NCBI GenBank assembly: GCA_964534665.1
Contig: CAZHRT010000010.1
Coordinates: 1-32,000, forward strand
Direction: 5' to 3'
Length of the DNA stretch: 32,000 nt
DNA from: an uncultured Methanosarcinales archaeon
GTDB lineage: Archaea > Nanobdellota > Nanobdellia > Woesearchaeales > JAHJBD01
Below are positions 23,390-31,068 of this stretch, in pieces. How positions within the stretch are numbered: position 1 is the first letter of the stretch; every line of letters starts with the position of its first letter. A model generated the notes under the pieces. That model was not told where the DNA came from, did not search any database, and was given only the letters and a program-made list of their open reading frames with translations. Position numbers and translations under genes: made by a program.

Positions 23390-24357
23390 TTGCTGTAATT
23401 GGTGCTGGGTCTTGGGGAACAACACTTGCTAGAATTCTAGCTTTGAATGGGCATTCGGTAAAGTTGTGGGTTAGAGAAAAAGAATTATTTGATATTCTAG
23501 AAAAAGAAAAAGAGAATACTTGGTTTTTAAAAGGTATTAAATTACCAAATAATATTACTTTTGTTAATGATTTTAAAAAAGTTAATGGTTGTGAATATGT
23601 TGTTACTGCCATACCTTGTCAATATGTTCGTGGTGTATTAACTAAGTTCGCACCTTTTATATCTAAGAATGCAAAAATAATTAATGTTGCAAAAGGAATT
23701 GAACAAGGAACTTTCAAAAGGATTTCTTCAATAATAAAAGAGATTTTACCAAATAAGATTGTTGCTGTTATGTCTGGACCTAATCATGCTGAAGAAGTAA
23801 GTAAAGAATTGCCAACTGCAACAGTAATTGCACATAAAGACAAAAGTGTTTGTGAAGAATTTTGTAAGTTATTTGCAACATCCAATTTTAAAGTTTATCC
23901 ACATGATGATATTATTGGTGTGGAAGTATGTGCGGCTGTAAAAAATATTACTGCAATTGCAACTGGTGTTGTTGCAGGGATTGGTTTTGGTGATAATGCG
24001 ATGGGTGCAATAATGACTTATGGATTAATGGAAATGAATACTGTTGCAAAATTCTTAGGTGGAAAACAAAAAACAATCTATGGTCTTGCAGGGGTTGGTG
24101 ATTTAATTGCAACTTGTAGTTCTAAACATAGTAGAAATAGGTTTACTGGTCAAAAGATTGCAGAAGGCAAAAGTTATGATGAAATCTACAAAGAAATGGG
24201 TGGCATGGTAGCTGAAGGTGTCCATACTGCTAAAGCTGTTCATGAATTTGCTATTAAGAATGAACTTAACTTACCATTAACTACTCAAACATACAAAGTA
24301 TTATTTGAAAATAAAAATTTAAAAGAAGCAGTATCAGATTTAAAAAATCTGATATGA
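23386..24357 (+). CDS. gpsA: NAD(P)H-dependent sn-glycerol-3-phosphate dehydrogenase
   Basis: 323 aa with IAVIGAGSWGTTLA, NVAKGIE, SGPNHAEEV, AAVKNITAIATG and GLAGVGDLIATCSSKHSRNRFTGQKIAEG. It aligns closely by eye with E. coli GpsA along its whole length. There is a 4-nt overlap with plsC paralogue 2. Confidence 0.9.
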   Translation: MIAVIGAGSWGTTLARILALNGHSVKLWVREKELFDILEKEKENTWFLKGIKLPNNITFVNDFKKVNGCEYVVTAIPCQYVRGVLTKFAPFISKNAKIINVAKGIEQGTFKRISSIIKEILPNKIVAVMSGPNHAEEVSKELPTATVIAHKDKSVCEEFCKLFATSNFKVYPHDDIIGVEVCAAVKNITAIATGVVAGIGFGDNAMGAIMTYGLMEMNTVAKFLGGKQKTIYGLAGVGDLIATCSSKHSRNRFTGQKIAEGKSYDEIYKEMGGMVAEGVHTAKAVHEFAIKNELNLPLTTQTYKVLFENKNLKEAVSDLKNLI

Positions 24358-24358
24358 A

Positions 24359-24958
24359 TTATTCTTCACTAAAATCGTCTATGCTTCCTTTGAATTCTTC
24401 ATTTTTAGTAATAACTTTCCTTGCTTTAAGATATTCTCTAGCTAAAATCCAGAAAAATAAACCTAGACTTTTCTTTCCTTTGTTATTGCAGGGAATAACC
24501 AAGTCAATATTATTTGACTGGTTATTTGTATCACAAAGTGCCAGAACCGGAATTCCAACTTTAATTGCATCAAGAATTGCGTTTCTATCAGGCCAGCTAT
24601 CTGTAACTAGAATAACCTTTTTTTCTTGAAATATACTTAAACTTGAATTTGTAAGCATTCCTGGAGGATATCTTCCTGCAACAACTTCAACACCTGTCGC
24701 TTTACTAAATGCTTTTACTGATTTCCAACCATTTTCCCTTCTTGATACAATTAAGATGTCTTCGGGTTCATAATGAGATAAAAAGTTTGCAGCAATTTGT
24801 ATTCTTTCATTAATTTTTTGAAGGTTCAAAACTGATAAACCATCAGGTCTTGTTTTGTAAATGAATTGTTCCATGTATCTTGTTTTGAATTTTGTACCTA
24901 TATGGATCCCTGATTTTAGGTATAAATCTTGTGCTACTAAAAATTGTTCATCTGCCAT
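24359..24958 (-). CDS. rps2: Ribosomal protein uS2 (archaeal/eukaryotic SA type)
   Basis: 199 aa with LKSGIHIGTKFKTRYMEQFIYKTRPDGLSVLNLQKINERIQIAANFL and RYPPGMLTN. It converges on gpsA with a 1-nt gap. Confidence 0.9.
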   Translation of the reverse strand: MADEQFLVAQDLYLKSGIHIGTKFKTRYMEQFIYKTRPDGLSVLNLQKINERIQIAANFLSHYEPEDILIVSRRENGWKSVKAFSKATGVEVVAGRYPPGMLTNSSLSIFQEKKVILVTDSWPDRNAILDAIKVGIPVLALCDTNNQSNNIDLVIPCNNKGKKSLGLFFWILAREYLKARKVITKNEEFKGSIDDFSEE

Positions 24959-25087
24959 TTTTATATGTCTCCTCTGCTTTTTTTATAACCTCAAGCAGCA
25001 TTGCTTTTTGCACATAGTCGTACATTAGCTTTGGTAATATATATTGGGAGTTATTTTGGGTTTATAAATATATCTGTATAAGGAGTA

Positions 25088-25504
25088 TTATTCACCAATA
25101 ATCTTAACAAGAACTCGTTTTTTTCTTTTACCGTCAAATTCGCCATAGAATATCTGCTCCCAGGGGCCAAAATCAAGTTTGTTATTTGTTATTGCTATGG
25201 TTACACTTCTACCCATAATTGTTCTTTTAAGGTGAGCATCTGCATTATCTTCATAACCATTATGTTGGTATTGATTGTATGGTTTTTCAGGAGCTAAATG
25301 TTCTAACCATTCTTCAAAGTCATTATGTAATCCAGGTTCGTCATCGTTGATGAATACAGATGCTGTAATGTGCATTGCGTTTACTAATATGATTCCTTCT
25401 TTAATATTTGATTCTTTAAGACATTGGTTAATGTCTGGTGTTATGTTAATTAGTTGTCTTCTTTTATCTGTTTGGAACCAAAGTTCTTTTCTGTATGATT
25501 TCAT
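25088..25504 (-). CDS. YjbQ/UPF0047-family protein (secondary thiamine-phosphate synthase-like)
   Basis: 138 aa with [52 protein letters not shown] and [14 protein letters not shown]. Confidence 0.85.
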   Translation of the reverse strand: MKSYRKELWFQTDKRRQLINITPDINQCLKESNIKEGIILVNAMHITASVFINDDEPGLHNDFEEWLEHLAPEKPYNQYQHNGYEDNADAHLKRTIMGRSVTIAITNNKLDFGPWEQIFYGEFDGKRKKRVLVKIIGE

Positions 25505-25539
25505 AAAAATAAGAAAGTAAAAAAATAATAAAAACTTTT

Positions 25540-26595
25540 CTATATATCCTGGATTGCATCTGTTGTAACCACATAGTTTGCTTCACCGTCTGCAAGGTTT
25601 GGGGCGTCAACAAGTTTCGCAACCCTAGTGCCTTTCTTACCTTTTCTTAGATAGATCCTAAATGCGCTGTTGTGTGCAACCACGTGGCCACCAATGGCTT
25701 CTGTTGGATCACCAAAAAAAGTATCTGGTTTTGACATAACTTGATTTGTTACATAAGAAACCAAATTATTAGTTATTGCTAATTTAGACAAGATATGCAT
25801 ATGTTTGTTAAGTTTTTGTTGTCTGTCTGCTAAAGTTCCTCTGCCAACAAATTCTGCTCTGAAGTGTGCAGTTAAACTGTCTACAATGACTAATTTAACA
25901 TCTAAACCTTGTTTTTTTATCAAATCTTCAACTTTTTCTGCTAAAAGCATCTGATGATCAGAGTTGAATGCTCTTGCAACCTTAATATGTTTTAAAACGT
26001 CTTCTGGATCTAAACCAGCGCCCTTTGCAAACTGTATTATTCTTTCAGGTCTAAAAGTTGATTCTGTATCAATGTATACTGTATAACATCCAGGATATTG
26101 TTTTTGAACATTTACAGCAAGTTGATGTGCAATTTGTGTTTTTGAAGAACCATACTGACCGAAACATTCAGTAATACAACCACTTTCAAAACCGCCATCT
26201 AAAAGGGCATCAAATGCACTACTTCCAGTACTAATCCTAATGATACGTTTTCTTTTCTCTAGAACTTCGTTACCAGATTCGAAACCCATTTCTAATGCAG
26301 CTCTTGCTCCAGCAATAACTTTTTTTGCTGTTGCTTGAGTCATCCCTGTTGCATCAATTAATTCACCAGGAGTTGCTACTGCAACTGCCATTAAATCTTG
26401 AAAACCAGCAGTTTGTAATTTTTCTGCTGTAGCTGCTCCTACGCCAGGTAAATCACAAATTGTTTTTTGTTTAACTTTACATTTAACTTTAGTATCTTCT
26501 GTTTGTTCACATTCCATTTCTGTATGTTCAACTTCAGGATTTTCTAATTCTTGTTCCACTTTTTCCACCTCAGGATCTTTATTTTTATCAGTCAT
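25540..26595 (-). CDS. radA: RadA recombinase (archaeal Rad51/RecA homologue with N-terminal HhH domain)
   Basis: [37 protein letters not shown] forms the HhH domain. Walker A is GQYGSSKTQ and Walker B is LVIVDS. I place the start at the ATG at 26595 (MTDKNKD...) because AGGTGG lies 5 nt upstream; the ORF track extends to a GTG at 26604 inside that RBS. An acidic ~45-aa N-terminal leader precedes the HhH domain. Confidence 0.95.
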   Translation of the reverse strand: MTDKNKDPEVEKVEQELENPEVEHTEMECEQTEDTKVKCKVKQKTICDLPGVGAATAEKLQTAGFQDLMAVAVATPGELIDATGMTQATAKKVIAGARAALEMGFESGNEVLEKRKRIIRISTGSSAFDALLDGGFESGCITECFGQYGSSKTQIAHQLAVNVQKQYPGCYTVYIDTESTFRPERIIQFAKGAGLDPEDVLKHIKVARAFNSDHQMLLAEKVEDLIKKQGLDVKLVIVDSLTAHFRAEFVGRGTLADRQQKLNKHMHILSKLAITNNLVSYVTNQVMSKPDTFFGDPTEAIGGHVVAHNSAFRIYLRKGKKGTRVAKLVDAPNLADGEANYVVTTDAIQDI

Positions 26596-26604
26596 AAATA
26601 CCAC

Positions 26605-26904
26605 CTACATGACGATGTCCTCAACATCGTCTTGTACTTGTGTATCGTCCTGGTTCTTTAAAACCAGGTATTCATATGCTTTTGTTATAACTAAAGCTGC
26701 TTTTGGCAGATCATTTAATCGCATAGAATTCGTTGTTTGCCACTGGCCACTTTTATCAGTGTATACTCTTTGTAGAGATACTGTCCGATATTCGTTTTGT
26801 TCACCAGTCTTACTAGTGCCTGTATTTTTCCATACAGTTGCGCTTATTGCGCCAGTACTAAATTTTTTTTCAGGTTTGTTACCTGTGTTTGTTGGGTTTT
26901 CCAT
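26605..26904 (-). CDS. Small conserved-looking protein, possibly a PC4/YdbC-like ssDNA-binding fold (tentative)
   Basis: 99 aa from the ATG at 26904, with AAGGAGGTG ending 6 nt upstream. The pattern FSTGAISATVWKN...EYRTVSLQRVYTDKSGQWQTTNSMRLNDLPKAALVITKAYEYL resembles the beta-beta-beta-beta-alpha layout of PC4/YdbC proteins, followed by an acidic tail. Its stop abuts the radA RBS. Confidence 0.35.
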   Translation of the reverse strand: MENPTNTGNKPEKKFSTGAISATVWKNTGTSKTGEQNEYRTVSLQRVYTDKSGQWQTTNSMRLNDLPKAALVITKAYEYLVLKNQDDTQVQDDVEDIVM

Positions 26905-27059
26905 AGAAAACACCTCCTTGCTTTCGCATCTTATTTCAAACTTCCCTTTTATGGATCAGCTCCTCGTTTGAGGACACTACCCCAGGAAGCGGAGTAGTTG
27001 TCAATTTCTTAACAACCATATATTAAGTGGTGGAGGTTGTTTATATACCTTATGTGTAA

Positions 27060-27159
27060 GTGTCCTGTGTCCTGTGGTAAGGTGATTTTCTATTTTTAAG
27101 CTTAGATTTTCAAATATTTTCAAGAATAAGGGGTGTCCTGTGGTTAAGGATATATCCTT
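27060..27159. promoter_or_regulatory. Cluster of GTGTCCTG(TGGT(T)AAGG) repeats plus a 14-bp palindrome upstream of the small-protein/radA operon
   Basis: GTGTCCTG (27060-27067) is in tandem with GTGTCCTGTGGTAAGG (27067-27082). GTGTCCTGTGGTTAAGG occurs at 27133-27149. An inverted core AGGACAC lies at 26971-26977. The perfect palindrome AAGGATATATCCTT is at 27146-27159. On the minus strand, TATATAAA (27049-27042) lies just downstream of the repeats. Confidence 0.4.
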
Positions 27160-27163
27160 AAAA

Positions 27164-27616
27164 CTATAAATTAATTGTTTTGTAAATATTGATAAGAATT
27201 AGGCAGGAAAATATAAGATATTCTGCTGTTGCGCCAGTTTTTATCAGGCCTTTTATTTTAAATCTTGATATTGGATGCAATGGCATTATACCTTGATGTG
27301 TAATTGCATCTGAAATAATATGTGAAAGATATCCATAAAAAACTGCTTCTGCATAAATAAATTGTCTAAATAAAAAATATGAAATTGCCGAAAACATAAA
27401 TATTGCAAAGATGCCATGAAAAAAACCGCGATGTTCGAAAAGTTTGCCTATGATTCTTACTTTTGAACCTACTTTTGATTCAGGATGATCAATATCTGGC
27501 AAAACACTTGCTAAACAGCAAAGTGATATGAAAAGAATTTGATTTTCTGGTCTGAAAAATTCAATTAAGAAAAGTCCTGTAAGGAATCCAAATGCTAAGT
27601 GGGTTTTCCACATCAT
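27164..27616 (-). CDS. YdjM/DUF457-family membrane-bound metal-dependent hydrolase
   Basis: 150 aa with WKTHLAFGFLTG, LPDIDHPESK, RGFFHG and SHIISDAITHQG, across 3-4 TM helices. It shares an ATGA overlap with the RPA gene. Confidence 0.7.
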   Translation of the reverse strand: MMWKTHLAFGFLTGLFLIEFFRPENQILFISLCCLASVLPDIDHPESKVGSKVRIIGKLFEHRGFFHGIFAIFMFSAISYFLFRQFIYAEAVFYGYLSHIISDAITHQGIMPLHPISRFKIKGLIKTGATAEYLIFSCLILINIYKTINL

Positions 27617-28611
27617 TCTATTTTTAATTCTTGAAGTTTGTCTATTTCTTCTTTGGGGTCTGGCTTAGGAAAAACTTGCATAGCTACAAATTCCATTCTA
27701 TCGAACATATCGTTTTTGCTTACGCGCCCAACTACTTTGATTTGATTACCTAATAAATCTGATTTTATCTTTTCAAGTGATTCTTGATTATCTTTTGCTG
27801 CTAATAATTGTTCTTTTGTTTTTTCTGTTAAATGTTCCATTTGATTTCTAAAAAATACTGTTCTTATTGTTTCTGTACCATCATCTAAGACTAAATTGAT
27901 TAAATAAGCATAAGCTGGAGTTACAACTCCGTGTTTTTCACAAGCAAAACCTGCATCTTTTGGTCTTGCCCTTTTGTTACATTCAGGACATACCTCATAA
28001 AACCTTGGATCAAAAACTTGAACAACTGTTGCAAAGATTTCTGTATTGTTATCTGCTTCTGTTAAGTCTTTTATTGGTTTTCTTTGAGTTTCTGGTTTTT
28101 TAATCTCTGCAATAGATTCTCCTTCTGGATTAAGAATTAATTTTGATCGTTCATTGATATGAATTTCTTTTTTACCTTGGTTTTCTCTAACATATCCACC
28201 ATTTATTTTAATTATTGTACCTTCTGCAAGATCTTTTAAGGTATTTGTTTGGTCACCCCATAAAACAAAACGAATTGTTCCTGTTTCGTCGCCTGCAATA
28301 AAAGAACCAACTTTTCCTGGAGAACCGTCTTTTCTTGAAAATTCTGTGATTGGAAATATATTTGTTACTCTAACTGTTGTTTCAACATCCCTCATTCCTG
28401 TTAAAATGTTTTTTACTTGTAATTTACCAGAAGTTTGTTCAAAAAGTTTTACACCTAATTCATTTGCAATTATGTGCGCTGCACCTTCTCTTGAAATAAG
28501 GCCAGAAAGTTGTTGAAGTTTTGCTTCAATCTTTTCATTAATATCTTTGTCTGATAACTCTGAGTTTTCTTTGATCTTTTCTATTATTTGGTCTAAAGGT
28601 ATTTGTAACAT
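27613..28611 (-). CDS. Replication protein A-like ssDNA-binding protein (OB folds + Zn ribbon)
   Basis: 332 aa. A helical N-terminal domain (GAAHIIANELGV) is followed by OB-like segments (VRVTNIF...GSFIAGDETGTIRFVLWG). A CPECNKRARPKDAGFACEKHG Zn ribbon is embedded in the second OB fold, as in archaeal RPA and RPA70 DBD-C. Confidence 0.65.
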   Translation of the reverse strand: MLQIPLDQIIEKIKENSELSDKDINEKIEAKLQQLSGLISREGAAHIIANELGVKLFEQTSGKLQVKNILTGMRDVETTVRVTNIFPITEFSRKDGSPGKVGSFIAGDETGTIRFVLWGDQTNTLKDLAEGTIIKINGGYVRENQGKKEIHINERSKLILNPEGESIAEIKKPETQRKPIKDLTEADNNTEIFATVVQVFDPRFYEVCPECNKRARPKDAGFACEKHGVVTPAYAYLINLVLDDGTETIRTVFFRNQMEHLTEKTKEQLLAAKDNQESLEKIKSDLLGNQIKVVGRVSKNDMFDRMEFVAMQVFPKPDPKEEIDKLQELKIE

Positions 28612-28668
28612 TGTAATATTGGTTAGATATGGTGTTTTAAATAGTTTTAGGTAGTAAAATGCATATAT

Positions 28669-31068
28669 TTATGGTGTTGTGCTAGTTGGTGCAGGGATAT
28701 TGCTTTTAATCCCTATTCCGTTCTGAATCTTACATTCGTTTCCTTCTTCATCAACTGGAACAACTGCAATAAAAACTGGGTCTGTGGTTGATTTTATTGA
28801 TTGTATGTCTTGGTATGCATTGAATAATTCTTTATCTGTAGTTTCTAAGTGATCTGGAAAATCAATAATTTCTTTTGTGCCTAGTTTGTTAAAAGGTGTT
28901 GTTTTGTAATAAACATGATATTTCTCTACGTCTTTGTCATCTGGCTCTTTCCAGCTTAACTTATCATCCAATGGAGCATAAACAATGTTTTTTGCTTTAG
29001 CTGGTGGCTTATCATCAATTGATTTACCCCAATTATAATTTGTAATTGCTAACCTTGGTACTACATTACCAAAATCATCAGTTGCAGTAACACCAAAATG
29101 AAGTTTAACTTCTGGACCTGCAGAAGGACTGTCTTCTAAGTCAGGATCTTTTAGAACTAATAAATATTGATTTTTATTTTCTATTAAGTATAAAGTATTG
29201 TCTTGTAAGTCTTGTCCTAGGTGTTTATAATTACAAGTACATTCTTCTATTGGATCACAAACCATTTCTATGTCTTTAATTGTTACTATATCTGCAATAT
29301 TAACTTCTACTTTATTTACAAGGTGCGCTTGATGATTTTCTAATAATATAGAATAAAATTCACTATCTGACCAGTATATTTGGAATGTTTCAATATCATC
29401 TTCGTTTGTCTTTTCCCATGCAATTAAAACTGAGTTTTCATCTTTAAGTTTATCATATACTTCTTTAATAACCACAGGTTTTGGTGGAACTTGATCAGGT
29501 ATTTCTAAAGCGAATTTGATTGTAGTGTTTTGAATTTTTGCTTTGTCTTGATTAGAGCAGTTTTTATCTCCTACTACTTTTAAAGTAATTGATGTGGTTG
29601 TCCCTGTGGCTATTACACCATTACATTTGCCTTTTTCACTAGGACTATAATGAATATTTGAAGATCCTGGTGAAATGGTTGTAGCTGCACAACAATCCCA
29701 ATCTTTTTCATAGTCCTTGTATTCTTGTTCATATCTTGAAGGTATTGTTGAATTTAAAACAACACAATTTTTAATGTACCTTGTTCTTTTTGTTTTACAA
29801 GGTTTAAGATTTTTGTAACCTGGGTCGTTATACTGATCTGTATCAATAAAAGCAAGTTGTGTTTTGTCTTTTTTGTAGAGTCTTGCACCTTTACCTGTTT
29901 TTACATCCCAACCATTTATCTCTGCTTTCTCGAACTTGTTATTCTTATAATTTTGAGTATAAGTAATCTTTTTTACTTCAAAAGGGTCTTTAAACTTCTC
30001 TGTAAAGAATCTTTCACCTACACCTGTAAATGTTTTCTTGATAGGGATATTATTAATTTTATATTTTGCAATCATACGATTATTGGGTTCAAGAATAATA
30101 TTATACGCATCATCTGGTAAATTATTTAGAGGTGTTAATTGACAATAACACCCTGTTTCTTCTGATTTTATACACGTTTCCATGTCTTTAACAAAATCGT
30201 CAAACAATTCTTTTTCAGGTGAATCGCAACCAAGTTCCCAACTTAAAATCCCTTCTTTTCTTTGTGGTTCTAGTTCTTTTGGTTTTGATTGTTTAGCATT
30301 ATATAACTTAAGATCTTTTAGTGCTTGATCTGTGCTTTCTGACAAAGATTTTCCTGAAAGTTCGTGTTGTTTAATTTTCTCGGACAATTCTTTTGCTTTT
30401 TTTGATACAATTTCATAAACTCTTAAATCAAAATTAAATTGATGATGATAATTGTTTTTTATTGTGTAAATTCCTGTTCTAGCATAAAACAAAGTATATG
30501 CTGAGAAAGGTAATGGTACAAAACCCCATTTTGCTCTTAATATATCAGATGAAGGGATAATGTCCCATAAAATAGGTTGTAATGAATAATAGCTAATATT
30601 AAGTTGAGTTTTTTCTTTTTTACTATATTCATAAATAAGAGCATAATTATTTTCAGGAAAGTTAAAGGGTTTTGAATATTCATTAAGATATTCTTCTAAG
30701 AATAATGTGAAATTTCCTTCTATTGTTTTAAAATTGGGATAACATTCTTTATCTTTCTTAGTTTGTTTATCTCTAAATGACCATAAGCTATAACCATCTG
30801 TTTCATTACAATGGTCAAGTGGAGCGTAAATACCTCCTTTTACAGCTAACTCTTTTAGAGATTCATAACCTGAAAATTTAGCTGATTGGTCTAGATAAAA
30901 ATCAATTCTATCCCCTTTTTCATAAGCTAAGAATAATGAAGATTGTCTTTTGCCAAGTTTTTGGTCAAAACTTTCATATTTATCTTGATATTTGAAAAAA
31001 GTAAGTGTTAAGATTACTATAAGGCCTATTACTAAAGGTATGTTGAAAAATTGTGCTTTTTTATTCAT
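28669..31068 (-). CDS. Large (~799 aa) extracellular/surface protein with a pilin-like N-terminal anchor, Cys clusters and two FN3-like modules
   Basis: The N-terminus MNKKAQFFNIPLVIGLIVILTLTFF has a charged KKA/Q junction followed by a hydrophobic helix. Two FN3-like repeats are visible: PPKPVVIKEVYD...LIAWEKT...FQIYWSD...HFGVTATDDFGNV, and PPAKAKNIVYAP...LSWKEP...YHVYYKT...FIAVVPVDEEGNE. I place the start at the ATG at 31068 (ATGA overlap with the upstream stop); the ORF track starts at the GTG at 31074. Confidence 0.7.
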   Translation of the reverse strand: MNKKAQFFNIPLVIGLIVILTLTFFKYQDKYESFDQKLGKRQSSLFLAYEKGDRIDFYLDQSAKFSGYESLKELAVKGGIYAPLDHCNETDGYSLWSFRDKQTKKDKECYPNFKTIEGNFTLFLEEYLNEYSKPFNFPENNYALIYEYSKKEKTQLNISYYSLQPILWDIIPSSDILRAKWGFVPLPFSAYTLFYARTGIYTIKNNYHHQFNFDLRVYEIVSKKAKELSEKIKQHELSGKSLSESTDQALKDLKLYNAKQSKPKELEPQRKEGILSWELGCDSPEKELFDDFVKDMETCIKSEETGCYCQLTPLNNLPDDAYNIILEPNNRMIAKYKINNIPIKKTFTGVGERFFTEKFKDPFEVKKITYTQNYKNNKFEKAEINGWDVKTGKGARLYKKDKTQLAFIDTDQYNDPGYKNLKPCKTKRTRYIKNCVVLNSTIPSRYEQEYKDYEKDWDCCAATTISPGSSNIHYSPSEKGKCNGVIATGTTTSITLKVVGDKNCSNQDKAKIQNTTIKFALEIPDQVPPKPVVIKEVYDKLKDENSVLIAWEKTNEDDIETFQIYWSDSEFYSILLENHQAHLVNKVEVNIADIVTIKDIEMVCDPIEECTCNYKHLGQDLQDNTLYLIENKNQYLLVLKDPDLEDSPSAGPEVKLHFGVTATDDFGNVVPRLAITNYNWGKSIDDKPPAKAKNIVYAPLDDKLSWKEPDDKDVEKYHVYYKTTPFNKLGTKEIIDFPDHLETTDKELFNAYQDIQSIKSTTDPVFIAVVPVDEEGNECKIQNGIGIKSNIPAPTSTTP

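Noticed and set aside
23343-24629. ORF 23343-23612 (minus strand) and ORF 24354-24629 (plus strand)
   Set aside because: The first is antisense to the plsC/gpsA junction and the second is antisense to the uS2 gene. Both of those partner genes are strongly supported.
25275-25520. 81-aa plus-strand ORF
   Set aside because: It is antisense to the YjbQ-family gene.
26609-26997. Plus-strand ORFs 26609-26971 and 26797-26997
   Set aside because: Both are antisense to the small radA-coupled gene, which has a textbook AAGGAGGTG RBS. Their extension into the intergenic region is better explained by the leader/regulatory sequence.
26920-27010. A possible tRNA, C/D-box sRNA or riboswitch in the GC-richer segment
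   Set aside because: I could not find acceptor/T-arm pairing, a GTTCRA-type T-loop, or C (RUGAUGA) and D (CUGA) boxes in a suitable arrangement. Only a 5-bp hairpin is evident. It is kept as an unclassified regulatory/leader region.
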